From contig NC_087436.1 of assembly GCF_036321535.1 (NCBI RefSeq), positions 25,174,001 to 25,238,000 of the forward strand: 64,000 nucleotides of DNA. The letters run 5' to 3'. Of the stretch, positions 25,601 through 40,306 are shown one piece after another. The position numbers and the translations under genes are program-made. Every line of letters starts with the position of its first letter. Positions within the stretch are counted from its first letter, which is position 1. This DNA is from Camelus dromedarius. Taxonomy: Eukaryota. The notes under the pieces were generated by a model. It was not told where the DNA came from. It worked only from the letters and a program-made list of their open reading frames with translations, and made no database searches.

Positions 25601-28600
25601 ATAATTCTAATTCCACCTCCTTTGTGACGTGCCAAGATAAATGTGTTTCCCAATCAGTCACGGGTGCATGTGTCCAGGTGTACTATAGCGTGCAGTGTCC
25701 TGGCAGCTGGCGAAATGAACCAGCAGCTGAAGATACAAAACTTTTTACTATCCTTCTCGATCTCGGCAATTAAATTTCCCTAAAATTGTGACCTAATTGA
25801 AAAAGGGATCATTTATTTAGATCAGGGAATATACCAATGTGATTTAAAATATATAGTATGTGGAATAAGGTTTCATGATCACAATTGGGTACCTTTTACA
25901 TATAGTTTAATTTTAGTGGAAATCTTTCAAATTAGCTAACATTACTCTATGGAATAATTTCCAAGCTGCTATCATGAGTATGACTTATAGAACAATTCCT
26001 CAATGTAACAAGTGAGAGAGAAACGGAGAGATTAATGGTATCAAAATAATTAGCTCCTGACTTCTTTAGTCTCTTAAGTCTTACCTATTTTTTAAAGCTT
26101 GTAAATCACTAATCCTGAAATTCTGGGCAAAATTCCTGTTATATGATTACATCTATAATGTTAAAAAAATGTTCCCATGGTCATTCTTATAATTTGTATT
26201 TTCTTCTCCAGGAGTAGCTTTGGGTCTATGGGAGTAGTAATTCTTTAAGAGGCATTTAACATTTTTATGTGAAAATACCATGGTTCCCATTGAAATTTTG
26301 TAGTAATATAAAACTATTCCATTTAATAATTATTTATAGCATGGTGACTGGCCCCGCAAATGATATACGTTAGAGTAAGAATATTGTTTTGAGGAGCATG
26401 GATGTCCAGAGTTTGGACCATGAAGGTAATAGAATCCCAAGGAATATGTGAATTTTAAAATGCCATTTCCGCCCCAAATGAAATGTGTAGTGGTAATATG
26501 TGCTAATTTGTTCTTAAAAATCAAAATGTTTTTGTTTGCTAATATAATGGGTTTTGCCCTATGATATTACTTTTGTGGCGACTGTGCAATCTGTCATTGT
26601 TCAAAAAGTCACACGGTGCAGAGAACATATCATTGAGATGTATAATGTTTGTAATCCTGCTCTCGGATTGATAAATCATGTCTTGTATTGATGAAAGCCA
26701 AGAAATGGATTGCTTTACTTTGACCTTGGGGGTCTGAGATTAGTCAGTTTGTCTATTAGACTTGTTCCCATGTTCTTCTCACTTCATTTATTCCTTCTGT
26801 TCTGAAGAGTTGGAAACAGTAGACTTGGAGGGAGTCAGTAAAGCTGAGACCATCAGTCGTTGTTGAAGAGCAGGCTATCAACATGCTCTGAATAATCAAC
26901 TTTAATAGAAGGTTTAAATAATCAGAGTGTCATGTTTAATTAATACTTTGCCTGCTTCCAATTTATATTAATTGATGTCTGAAAGTCATTGCACCTTGTA
27001 CCAATGATAAATTGGAAGAAAAGAGATTTGATTTGGGAAAAATGCCCGAAGACCTTTAAGGCGATGTGATCAATCAGAGTGGTCCATAAATGGTCCACAA
27101 TTAAATTACTTACACTCAGTTCAGATGTTGCAGTCTTAAATTCTTGGTATATGTGCTTTTATCTTTATTGACTTGTATTAAGCCAGAGTGAAGGCGATTA
27201 TTAATAATATTATACTGTTTTATAAGGCCTATTTCTTACATGACATATAAAATTAACCTGATTAAAAACATAGCAAAACAAAAACAATTTAAAAATCTTA
27301 CCCAAATGAGCTGTAGCAGTTACATGAAAAAACATTAAAAATTGACTTGAAGTCTTTTATCTTGCATTATTTTGGTATTTTAAGGATACAGTTTTCTATG
27401 AGAGAAATCTTCTTCTCTATATGCTTTATAGGTTTCTAATGTAACAGTTGCTAGAAAATAGCATATAATGTCTTGACTATATATATTCAGATTACAGCAG
27501 TGTTATATTTTGTGATCTTTTTATTACAAAATAATGCTACCTACATTCTTAGAATATTTCCAAAGCACCTTTTACCAATACTCAAGTGCTGTATGTTCTT
27601 AAGCTATGTAAACTAATTTTCCCAGAAAGTTACCTCACTGTAAATAAACGTATATAGAAAAATAAGGATTATTAAGCAAAGTTAATTTGTGAAAGTATTT
27701 GCCAAATGAATTTCTTAAAAAATGGTGTCTCCTAACCAAGTTATTTGTAAAATTGCGTTTATACCCAAGTTTACAAAGATTTGTCAGAATGAAGCATCTC
27801 TTTATTAATGACAACAAGGCATTGCTAGAATTATCTTAATACATGACAGTGTTTCTCTTCAGTTGTTGAAATAATTGAAACCTAAATTAAAATCCTTCTA
27901 TTTTGTGCCTTTCTTCTGGAAATATATATAAAAAGTTTGGCAAATCCATTTTAAAATATATTTTGCGATAGGAGTATAATTACACTGTTTGAGCCACTGA
28001 GGCAGACAAAAGATCACTATTTGTCCAGAAGACACAAGAAGAGATGATTCTGTGTTCAGAGAACAAGGTCACCAAGTTACTCTTCCTGGCCTTTGAGCAG
28101 TCTGAAAATTCCTCACTAACGGAACATGAGATTGATGTACCCTGGGATCAAAATTCTTGCATTTCTCAGCTTCACATATGCATAAAAAATACATTTGGCT
28201 CAAACACAGTTTGTTCATGTAAGGCTGAAGTGTCAAATAAGTGGTGCAGAAATTATAGGATTATGTTATAATATTTTATCAGGCAGTAATCAAAGAAGAC
28301 AGATATTAATCCTTCAAGTGCTTTGTGGAAGACATTTAGATTTTTTTTTAAATTTTAAGGATTCTAACCCCATTATGAGGCAAAAATTTGAAGGTCAATG
28401 CTTTTGACTGTTTTACATCCTTTTATGTTAGTTGTTTCTAAGTTTGAATTTTAGTTCTATTGAAGTTTATATTTTGAGTCAAGAATCATAAACTCGTCTT
28501 AGGAGCAACAACAGTGGCTGATTTAATTCTGCCCTGTGCTTCTGTTTCCCTTAATTATCCATATAATAAGAGACCATAAGTGGTATGATGATAAAGTCAA

Positions 28601-31600
28601 AGAATTTCAAAACTAAAGGGGGACCTTGGACACTATGTAATCTAGCTTTTCACCAGATGCATGAATCTCATCTATAATGTCTTTAAACAGAATTCATATA
28701 AAATACAATGAGAAATTTACAACTTGTTTGAACTTGGTTACAGATATTTTTCACTGGCATATGTTGATTATAAACCTGATAATTTCCATGACTATTTCAG
28801 TCTTTGATAAATTATTTGTTGAGTGGCGTAAGTAAAGGGGTTATATGTCTTGACTGTAATAGGTACAACCCAAAGGTCATTTTCTCAAACACCAGGGGTT
28901 ACAGAGTTAGAATCCTCTTATCAGAAAGGAAATACCTTCTGCAATTAGAAGCAATAAATCAGTCATTAGATTGTCTCCTGCTTTGGAGTTCACACTTTAG
29001 TAACTCCCCTCATCCATATTCTGATTTATGCAAATAAGCTACCCTTCTCTATGCCTGGATTTGAAAGTTAATGATTGTACCCAAAAGGTGGCTCATAACT
29101 AAATTTTACATTCTGGGTTACACTTGGTGAAAAACTTCTTGGACCACTAAAATCTAGTTTGTGGACCGCTGCTTGGTTTTCATTCAGTTTCATTGTTGTT
29201 TAAGATTCTCACAAAAACAGAGTAATATCCCATGTCATTCATTATGGGCAGAGACTAAATGCATCTAGGCCATTGTATATGCACTTACCAGGCACTGAAA
29301 TAATCTTGATAATTTTGCCCAGTCATATTCAAACACTGACTGAGCTTAGCGATCTACTCCGGAAAATGAGCAACTTTTGAACTTGTATAGGCAAAAGCTC
29401 AAACTGTATTACCAATAATGTAAACGTCTAAAGTGAACCCAATAAAGTTGAGACTTTCCAGTGAAGAAACATGTCCTTCACTTTTATGAACTGTAAAAAT
29501 ATTTATTTACTGAGTCTTTGAAAATAACACTGGTTCAGAAAATAAAAATTCTGATGCTGTCTCCTCTTAACTAGATGTTTGACCTTGGGCAGACCTCTAA
29601 ATTGCTTCTAAGTCTGTTTACCCCTTTGAAATAGAGTGTAATAATCCCTATATTACAGTTCTCATGGGGTTGGGAGGATAAAATATGTGAAAATCAAAAA
29701 TGTTAATGAGCCTGACAAGTAATATACAAACACCATCTGCAACCCAAACCTATGTTCTTCAAAGATTAGAATATTTCATAATCTTTGGAAAAAATTAGAG
29801 GATTAGCATAATTGTTTTATGAACGGGGGTGCCTTTTCAACACACATGACCTATTAATCAGCTTGAAAAGTTGTTCTGCCTCATCAGCAAAGTACCCAAT
29901 TATTAGTAGTTAAAAGGTTCAGAAGATGATGAGAACTGCTTTTTATTTAATAGTCTCTAACCTCCCTCAGGTAGTAATACGCTCACGCATCCTAATCAGA
30001 ATGAATTTCTTGGCAGATTTTTTTTTCCTACTGAACCAAATATTTGTATACCCACACCCATACTGGCCCCGTCACACTGTTAGCCAATGGTGCTGGTATG
30101 ATGGATGGACTGTTTGTACTTCCACTGCAGTCACCTATTTTTAGGTTCACTATCTTACCGAGAAATTCCTTTATGAAATCTGACAAACAAGTTCTTGATC
30201 TGAGTGGCTGGTAGCATGTATTTAAATTTTTATTTCCAGAAAGGAAGCTGTCGAATTATCAAATTGGTACAAAACAGGAAAACACAAGTTATTAGTTTAC
30301 CCCCAAATTTTTTTTAATGCATTTTTGGTCTAATTTAAAAATGCATAGTCTTTATTTAAAATATAAATGGTACTTGTTATCTGAGTAATAGATGGATTGC
30401 AGGGTAGCCCTTCAGATTATTTTTAACAATATGGTGTGTCTTAGTCCCATTTTTCAGTTGAGAAAGTTGAAGCATGTGGAAGTGGAGTAACTTCTCATAG
30501 GCATGTAATTAGCACATGAGAAGACTAGGATTATAATCCATGCTTGATACAATGCAGGGACTGTTTGGCTCCAGAGCTCTTTCCAACATGCCAGTCATTT
30601 TCTTAGGGTGCAAAGTGGAAGTGACCCATGGGTGTGCAGGGGGCATGATGGCTGACTAAGGAGGTAACTTTGCTGTGGAAGAGGAAGTTGGGAGAAGAGC
30701 AGGACCTAGAAAGGAAGAACAGAAAAGTGAAGGCATCTCAAATGAGGGATGGCCATACACAGAGCATGGAACTGTTTAGTGGTTTCAGGGAATACGATGT
30801 AGACTGCTCTGGTGAAAACAAAGCATTGTGAAGAGGAGTGAAAGATATGGTAGTTAAAGATGTGGATGCTGGCATGTGGTGAGCTTTAGCCTCTATTACA
30901 AGAATTTTGGGCTTGATCCAGTAGCCCGTGAGATGGGGGTGTGGGGATCTGTTGCAGGTTTTTGGTGTATGTGAAGCAGTGCTCGGGGAAGATGACCCTA
31001 AAAGCAGGTTCAGTTGCTTTTCTTTTTGTGACATATATACAGTTTCAAGAGCATTGCAATCCAAGAAGTCACCTTTCAGTCTTCTTTTATATCTTTATTT
31101 TTAACAAAAGCAAATATCTTGGGAAAGGTAATTGCTTCCTGGACTTGAACCATTGCTAGAGTCAGACAAGGTGACAAATCACATGACAGAAAATTCTAGC
31201 AAATAGCACCATAATCGCCACACTGTCTCAGCCCAAAGATATGGACTAAACAAACTGCTTAGAGAAGAAGGGTGAGTCAAGGTAGCCTTTACATCCTCTC
31301 CTCAAAAATCCAGGGGAGTTTGTCTTGTTTTTTGAATGAAAAAGGTGATATGATTTATTCTCCATGCTAATAAAAGACCATATGAGATTAAATTTAATAA
31401 GAGCGCATTTTAGAATAAAATTTATTTTCAAATGTGTTGAAATAAGAATTTGGTCAGGCATTGAAATTTTCAAAATAGACGTAAAAGGGGTTATCATTCA
31501 GCTGCAAGTCTTAAGATATTGAAGTCGAAAAAGTGAGAGGCCATTGCCTCAGTTTGCTTCTATAATATAAAATATTTTAAATAATATATGTTAAAAATCT

Positions 31601-34600
31601 GACTTTCAAACATTTGGTGTTCTAGGGGAAGAGTGGGGTAAAGAAGGTGGGGAAAATAACAATGACAGTCCAGGACGGGAGCCGGGCTGGGAGGCAGCTG
31701 AGACTCTTTCTTTGTGGAAAGAGTTCTGAACTTGGAGTCAGGTGACTAAGGTTCTAGTTCTGTTTCTGGAAACATTTAATTCTGTGATCTTAGCTACATC
31801 CTTTATCCTCTCTGAGCCTCTGATTTCTCAACTGCAGAAAAAGAATGGTAGAATAGCAAATTCTGAGTTTTCTTTCAACTCTGCTATGTTCTATGATTCT
31901 TGTAGATGACACACAACTCCCTAGCTTGACAAATAGAAGGAGCATTTGGGGAGCATGGTCAAGGCATGAAACTTAGGATCTCTGTCTCAGGAAGAAAAAA
32001 TGTCAAGGACACTGACACAGAGAAAGGGATTCTGTGACCAGTTTCTAGATCTCATGATGATTGGGAGATTAGAGTGGACTGTAGCTTTTTGAGTTATGTC
32101 AGAAAGTGGTAAGAAGTTTGGATGGACAAACCGGGGACGGGATAAAGCCAAATCGGCGCTCCGCAGTGTAGGAACTTAATGATTAGATCTGAAGATCTAG
32201 GGTTAGAGCCAAGCTGTGGAAACTGATTAAGTGGGATCACCCTAAGTACAGGATCTTGTGATGCACGGAGTGCACTGGAAAAATACAGATGTTAGTACAC
32301 TTGTTAGGGTGATCAGCAATGTGCATGATGAATCCAGGATCCTGTTTACTGTTTTTAGCATATATGCCTGCAGAAGGTATTAAAATGGTGTATGGAGTGG
32401 TACAGGTGTTCATGGTAGCATTTTACTATGTGTTTCATTTTTCTCGAGGGTCTAAGTGTATATTATGAAGGAATTACCTATGCAGAGAAATATCTTCTCT
32501 GATAAGTCAACTACTTGAGGCATTAGGCATTTCCAATAATCTGGTTAGAATTGCATTTACTTATTTATAATTTTTTGCTGCCTACCTAAGGAACGAGAGA
32601 GAGAGAGTTTTGTAATATTTTTTAAATATGTATTTGTTCCCTTACCCAGCTGTTAAGTGGGTATTCTAATGCTTATTGTGGAGAGTTTTGCAAGAATTAA
32701 AAATAATATACTCATGTGTCTGACGATATCTTGCTCATAGTAGATGTTTATTTAATGGTCAACCATTTACTTTTTACTGTTGTCATCAAACATCATGTCA
32801 TTAGCTCATTTGTAATCCAATAGGGATTGTCAGATCAAGATTTGTGAACTTGGGCCAACTACCACTTTTTTCTGCACTGGTTCAGTGTTGGGTTTGCATT
32901 CCATTATGACGAGGTAAAAGACATCCTTGTTTGAAACACTGCCATGGGAAGCAGAAACGATCTCAGTCTCAGAGTCAGGCATTTCTAAATTCTGACATAG
33001 AGGGTTGTTTTTCAAAAACATGGAGTATTTCATTGGTTATCTAAGGAGACCAATTTATAGCTTTTAAAAATCAGATGGTTGCCCCAACTATTTACTGCTG
33101 GGTCATGTTCTCATTTTCCCCTTTTCTCATATTCTCTCTCTCTCTTAAAATTGTAAATGTGGAACAGAATATCAAAAACTTAACAATAATCAATCATGAT
33201 GCAAATGAGTTGAGAATGCAGTAATCAATTACTAAGGCCACTGTTTTATATGGTAAGGTACACAATATTATATGAAAGATAGTTTATGAAATTAAGTCCA
33301 TGGCATAGCACTCAAATTTTTCTTAGTGTGTGAAAAAGTAAAGCTTATATAGTCATATAACACAAAATGAGATAGAGACAAAAGATGATAATGCATGACT
33401 TTATAAGCAGAGGCATTTTTAGAACCTGGTAGGTTGCCTATCACACAGTGCTTTCTATAAGCATCTCATGTCCCACCTTATCCATAGTGTCTCTCCTGTT
33501 GACCCTTCATGATACCAGTTTTTTCTTCCTTCCTGACATTCTGCTGTAATGGTCATTTTCTCAGGGATAGATAGGAAAGTGTGTGATTGTCTCTAAATGT
33601 CTAAATTAGTTCAATTTTCATGTTACATCTGTGTACAAATAGTTCTCCACCCACTTATCTCCTTTCATTTACATGGTGGCCTGGCTGCCCTAGTTTATTA
33701 GACTGACTCACTGCCACGGTGAACAACACCATGAACTTGACCTTGAGAAAATAAAGCACAAAGGCCTGTGAGGTTAGAATTGGAAAAGAAGTAACTATCA
33801 ACTTTTCCAACCCTTTCTTTGGAAAGATAAAGAAATTGAAGTCATAGAGGTGGATTAATTTGTCTATGTTTACAAGTTAAAATCTGAATCCCTTTCTAGT
33901 CCTCTTTCTAAACACTTTGCATTGTTGGATACAAATCTGAGAGAGATGAATGTGGCAAGACTGCAGCCTTGAAATTAGCTGAGGGGAGAATGTAATCATT
34001 AGGAGTGACCCACATGTCATTTGAGAAGAGAACAAAACTGCTTTTAAAAATGTGCAAAAGCATTAACATTTGCCTGTGTTCCACTTTCTAAAACTGTTAC
34101 TCAAACATTATAAAAGAGGTCCCAGGCTAGCTGAATTAAGTAATCTATCCAAGGTCATTTATTGAAGGTCTTTTGGTTATAAGAATAAAACAAAAACTTG
34201 ATGATGAGGAAATGCTAAAATGTTAGGCTCTTATAAGAGTTGCTTTTTATTTTTTCTAACATCTTTACAGATATGCTGGTACTTAAAACAGTTCTGATAA
34301 CTCTCTGGGGGGCAATATTTAATTTTTCTGTATTGATATTGTCAAACAATCAAAATCTCACTTCCTTTATTCCGGCCTGAGGCAGACAAAACAGAAATTG
34401 ATATAGAAGACGCAATTAATTTCTTTTTTTTTTTTTTGAGCCAGAAAATGACAAAAGAAATGAGAGAGATGGATAGCAACTGAAGGTCGTGATGCTAAAA
34501 TACTGTTTTGTAGCTGCTCAGGGTCTGATGGAAGAAAGGTTAAATGTGTTTGAAATGTGTGTGTTTAGCTGTTTGATCCTCATGATGCTGATGGGTGGAT

Positions 34601-35189
34601 GAGTGTACTCTTGCCAAGGAGAGGGGAGCAAGTGGCCAACGTTGGGGGAACACAGCTACAAATTGAACTCGCCAATGTCTCTCGCTGGGCCACACAGCCA
34701 TTTGGCTTTCTGCCAAGCCACAATCTGAACTCTGAACTGCAGCGCAGGAGAAAGCTTCTGTTTTGATAGGTAGGTGCTTTCAAACCATCAAGTTTATGAT
34801 CTGAGACAGTGACTAAACAGAGCCGGAGTTTCCTGTTCTCTAAAAGATAGTGTGAATTGGGCTCCTGTTGTTTCTGTAGCAGCTCCTGGGCGGAAGTCCC
34901 TCACTGCTCAACCCAGCCCCCCCAACTCTGCACCTCTCATCGGGGGCACCCAGGAACACGAGATGTCCTGATGATCTCGTTCTTGTATTTCTCCTGACAG
35001 ACACACTTTGTTTATTCCATTTTTCAATGGCTAGGACACCAATCTCCATCTCTAGTTGTGGTCAAATGATTTAGTCAAGCGATAGAAACATTTCTTTCTA
35101 TGTATTCTGTACCCTACTAGAAAAAGTCGAAGTAAAACTTTATGACCTTCATAGTATTTTCAATAGCAATATGTAGCCTTTCCCCCTTT

Positions 35190-35606
35190 ATCTTTATTTT
35201 TTATTGAAGTACAGTCAGTTACAATGTGTCAGTTTCTGGTGTACAGTATTATGTCCCAGTCATGCATATATATACATATATTCATTTTCATATTCTTTTT
35301 CATTAAAGGTTATTATAAGATACCGAATATAGTTCCCTGTGCTATACAAATTTGTTTATCTATTTTTATATATAGTAGTTAATATTTGCAAATCTCAAAC
35401 TCCCAAATTTATCCCTTCCCACCCCTTTCCTCCAGTAACCATAAGATTGTTTACTATGTCTGTGAGTCTGTTTCTGTTTTGTAGATGAGTTCATAGTGTC
35501 CTCTTTTTTCTTTTTTTATATTCCACATATAAATGATATCACATGGTATTTTTCTTTCTCTCTGGATTACTTCACTTAGAATGACAATCTCTAAGCCCAT
35601 CCATGT
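35190..35606 (-). mobile_element. L1 3' UTR fragment (younger, artiodactyl/camelid type)
   Basis: T-rich tail followed by 'ttattgaagtacagtcagttacaatgtgtcagtttctggtgtacag...ctcccaaatttatcccttcccacccc'. It is the reverse-complement relative of 60541-60838. Confidence 0.85.
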
Positions 35607-35989
35607 GATCAAATTAGAATATCCAAAAATGTGTAGAAGAAAAAGTCATCTCTCATCTCATGATCACATCAAATGAAAGGCCTCATTTTTATTGTTTTGA
35701 TAGTGTGTTTTTCCCCATCTGTATGTATGTGTGTGTGTTTCTGCCATGCATGTATGTGTTGCATTATATTACTTGAGATGAATGTACATGTGTGTTTTTC
35801 ATAACCCTGCCATTACATTATATATATATATATATTTGTTTATTTGTTGTCAGTTTCCCCTGTGTCATTCATTACTGTATCCCCAGCAGTTTGAAGGCAC
35901 CTTGAAGTTTGCTCTGCCATCTCGATTTGCTGTGTCTCGAGCTTAGCTCTAGCTCTTTCTGTTCATCTAGATTGATCCTGCTTTTTTCA

Positions 35990-37130
35990 TTTCATGTCAT
36001 TTCATTAGATTTCCCTAGATCTTTAAAATCTAAGTAAACACCATTTTTAATGGTGGTATAATATTTCATTGGGTAGATGTACCAATAATTACTCCTTTTT
36101 CTCTTAGGCATTGAAATTGTTTCCAATTTTTCTTAGCCTAATAATGCTGTGTCATGTGTTTAATATCTTAATCTTTGTACATACTTAATGATTTTCTCAG
36201 CAAGATTGCTAGAAGAGAATTACTGTATCAAAGGCAATGAACTTTTTAAAAGTTTCTTTCTGCATTACCAAGTTGCTTTCCAGAATGGGTATATCAGTTT
36301 CCTCCCACAATAACGAGAGTTAAGAATACTTAATCAGCATTGAGTGTCATTATTTACAAAAATATTTGTTAATTAAAAAGCAAAAATTACTCCCCATTGT
36401 TTCAAGTTGCATTTTTTTTTATCACACATGAGTCTGTGTGACTCCCCTGTCTAGTAGCTGTGTGTGGTTGCCATGTGGGGGCCTGAATATGGGTGATTCA
36501 GCAGAATTCTTTGTATGTTACAGGCGCTGATTCTGTATTTCTTACATTTTTTTGCAAAATATTTCATCAGTTCTTCATGTAACTAAATTTTCCTTATGAT
36601 TCAGCTTAAAGAACTTTAAATTTAAATATAGTAATTTAATGTGTTAAATATTTAAATTTAACTACTACATTTAAATGTTGCAATTTTTTGAAACTTCTAT
36701 ATACTGCTTTTATATCAGAGATCTTTCTACATCTGTAGCTCATGTAAATCTTACTCACATTTTCTGTTTGTTTTCCCCTGATTTCTTTTCACATTAAACT
36801 TTTTATCTTATCAGGAATGGATTTCTTTGAATATGATCCAGTGTAAGCTCTTGATTTCTCCCCAAATTCCCAGTATCCCATCATTTATTAAAGTCATGTT
36901 ACCCCTTATCTTACGATATTTACTTGGTTTATAATATGTACTACACTTGTATTATATATTCAGTTTTTATGTCTTTTACTAGGTTATATTTCAAGGTAAT
37001 CTATTCTGCTCTACTTATCTTTCTATTGCTGTATCAGCCAATGACTATATAATTTTTATTATTAAAAGTTCTAATACTCTTTTTAATCTGCAGGGAAAGA
37101 TGGCCTTAATTATTATTCTTTTCCTCTGAA
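35990..37130 (-). mobile_element. Highly decayed ancient L1ME-like fragment
   Basis: 'atttttaatggtggtataatatttcattg...tgtttccaattttt...ataatgctg...ccaagttgctttccagaa'. Confidence 0.55.
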
Positions 37131-38800
37131 GAAATCAACGTTGAGTATAACATATTTGTATGAAGGCAATTTCTACTCCAAGCTTTTTATGCATAGGAGG
37201 ATAATCTAGATAGTGCTTTGAAATGTAAAGTTCACAGCTTTTCAAATTATCTTGGTCATATTACCTCATGATACAACCTGTACTATATAAAGATATATTC
37301 TAAATGTAGGGCTAAATTCTTTATAGTCCAGACATTTCTTTTGCTGACTATGCTTAACTGTTAACTTGGTTTCTTTTTCTTCTATTAGATTTTTAAAATA
37401 CTAACTAATTAAAGTAACCTACAAGGTTTCTGTCGATAATATTAGTCTTACTCACTTCCCCTTTTGGCCTTTCTTTTTTAACTCCCTGAGCTCTACAAAT
37501 AGAGCACCTTTCAGAATGATTTTCTATTTTCCAGAATATTTTTTAACAAAATACCAAGTGCCAAAATGTTAATGGAAATATCAATGGAAACATGCAAAAA
37601 ATATTTCTTTATGATCCTTGTAGTTGTTGAAACTACCCTGTAAAGGATTAAACATGAATGAATTTAACTATTATAAATGTATCCAACTAGTCGAATTTAT
37701 GTTCCTGAGAAATAATCCTTTGCCACATAGGTTATGAACATGGTCATAAACTCGATTCCTAAGCAACATAAATTAGAAAGGATATATTCCCCCCTGATAT
37801 CCTTCTTATCGATGAACCAAGCATCTGTTGGAAAGTATTTGAGTCATGTTTTTATGCCTCTCTTAGACACTTGCTACTTTTCCTACAAAATGAGGATGGC
37901 ATTATTGGATTTCATTGATTTCGTTACTAGCACTTGTTTTCTCGTGGTGGTTCCAGTTCACTTGGTACATTCTAAGTTTATGTGCAGAAATCAACACAGG
38001 ACACAGTTGCAATGCTCTCTCCATCCCATAGTCACTCAGGAAGCTCGGTACTTTGACCAGGAAAGATCAGCTGTTCTCCTGTGTTTAGAAATGAGCCTTC
38101 CTTATGCCCTCTTCCCTTCCTCCGTGACATCATCTCAGTCTGTGGTCCACTCCCCATGGCTGCTCCGTCTCGATTGTGAGCCTGATCCCTTCCCTGGCTC
38201 TGACACCCTGTCAGTGTGTTCTGCTGACTCCCTGCCGCTGGCTACCAGCTGACTGTGCCGTGCTGTGTTTGTGTTTTATGGGGAAGTGTTCGTGTGTGGC
38301 TGCTGTGTTTGATATTAAATCTGAGATGAACTTCAGGAGGTTTCCTGCTTTTTATTAAAAATGATTTTGGCTAGGGGCTGTGTTATCCTGTTCATAAATC
38401 AGGTGTTCTCAGAGATTTAATAATTTAGAATTCACATGAGGTTTTGATGGAATAAACATTTCTTTTCTCTGTTAAAGCCGCCTCAACTTTTTTCCCCTCT
38501 TTTTCCTCTTCACTGCTTCCATTTATTTTTTTAAGTCTTCTTTTGGGAGATTTGTACAGATTTATCTCATGGCTGTGAAAATAATGTAAAAGGAAGAGTC
38601 AAAACGATAGCTTAGTTTGGTTGAAGTAATTTAAATTTGGTAAGTTTCTTTGAGTCTTTCCATCGCTATTGTAAACATACTTCTGTTTCACTTTTTTATC
38701 CCAAGTTTTATCTTCCAAAGTAGTTATCCTCTCTCTCTCTGTTTAATGAACCATTTCTTTTAGAACATGTCCTACAAATAAAAGGTTGATAAAAAGCAAA

Positions 38801-38836
38801 AATAATAATAATAAATAATAATAATGATAATAATAA
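38801..38836. repeat. (AAT)n microsatellite, imperfect
   Basis: Direct reading of the sequence. Confidence 0.9.
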
Positions 38837-39036
38837 CCGAGGCCAAAGAGGCCAGGAACTCTTTCCATTTGAGATTACAAGCTACATAAAAAATAGACTT
38901 ATCCTTAAGGGCGACAAATAGTTCTGACAACTCCTCTCAAAAATACTTGCACTAGAGATTTAGAGAAAATACTTTGAGGGCGCTTTAAATGCTGAGTACA
39001 TGGCCTTAATTTCTTTGTAGAATTTAGTGAATAGAA

Positions 39037-39693
39037 TGTTGCAGTAGATGTAGCCAGTGTCCAGGTTCTTGTCCTGTCCCAGAAAGAATTCAGAGATGAG
39101 ACATGGAGGTTAAAGAAGTAAAGTGGAGATTTATTGAGGGAGGGATAGTACACTCTCAAGGGGAGAGCAGGCAGGCTCAGGTGAGCGGCTGCCCTGAGTT
39201 TCTTTGGCAAGTTGGTTACACAGAGTGTAAAAATGAATGGGTGGAATATTCATTGGGGAGGGAAGGGTTTGGGGTCCTATTCCCTGATTTTCATCCCAAC
39301 TCCACCTTCCTGAGGGGAGGAGGGATTTTTGTCCTTATTTATTCTGGATCGGAAGTGTCATGGTGTGGGTACATGATGGGCGCTTCTAATCTGCAAGGCT
39401 AATTTTATTGAAATGAGGGCATAATGAGCAAAAGGTTACATTCAGACACTGGAGATTCCTGCTTTTTTCCACCTTTCTTTGTCGGCCTCCAGGCCACTTG
39501 TCACCCCTAAAATGTGTGACCCCTTATCAGCCCAGAGGTTCCTGCTTTTCATTCTCTGCCCAGGGACCCCTGGTGCTTACGTGATGTATGGTTTCCTGCA
39601 TTTGGCCTGTGCCCCTCCTTTCTGCCCAGTTCCTGCCATATGGCCTGGGTCCCCCTTTCTCTGCTCATATCTAGCCATCTGCCTGCTCTAACA
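39037..39693 (-). mobile_element. Well-preserved solo ERV LTR (657 bp), antisense
   Basis: Inverted termini TGTT...AACA, minus-strand AATAAA at 39130-39135 and an abrupt GC increase. Flanks agaa/ggaa resemble a 4-bp TSD with one mismatch. Confidence 0.8.
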
Positions 39694-40144
39694 GGAATAC
39701 ATAAAAATATTTGAAAAGACTATTGGAGTTAGAAAAGGTTTTGTTTTGTCTCCCTCACATTAAAAATCACAGGGAATGAGGAGCACAGGGGTCGTGGGGC
39801 ATACTTAGAAAAAGGAGAGGTGATTTCTCTGAGGGAGGCTTGATCTGAGCCTGACTGATGAAAATGAGACAATCATGTGAATAACCAGGTCAGGGGGCAT
39901 CCATGTCTTGTCCTGTTTGAATTTTAGTTTCCACGAGAGAATGAATTTTTGATTGTAGTTGACGTCTTCATCATTTTTTAGTGCCTAGCATAAAGAAGAT
40001 ATTTGATAAACGTTGGTGAAATGAATGAACTTTTTATAAGGGACTCTGGTAGATGCAAATGACAATATCCATAATATTATTATGAATGTCCTCCTAAAAT
40101 TCAGATGATTCTTAAAAACATATTTGCAATACATTTAAAAAAAA

Positions 40145-40306
40145 TTTTTAGTTGAAGTATATAGTTGCTGTACAATGTTGTAGAAGTTACAGATGTGCAA
40201 TATAGTGATTCACAATTTTTAAAGGTTATACTCTCTTTATAGTTGTTCTAAAATATTGGCTCTATGCCCCATGTTATACCATATATCCTGGTGGCGTGTT
40301 TTATAC
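40145..40306 (-). mobile_element. Short L1 3'-terminal fragment
   Basis: 'ttgaagtatatagttg..tacaatgtt..aagttacagatgtgcaatatagtgattcacaatttttaaaggttatactc'. Confidence 0.7.

Noticed and set aside
29955..29976. Possible recursive splice site (ctccctcag|gtagta) in the 27 kb intron 6
   Set aside because: The regenerated donor is a poor match to GTRAGT and the pyrimidine tract is short.
37734..38252. Longest ORF in the track (172 aa, +)
   Set aside because: Intronic, with no recognisable domain or family resemblance. ORFs of this length occur by chance in 64 kb across six frames.
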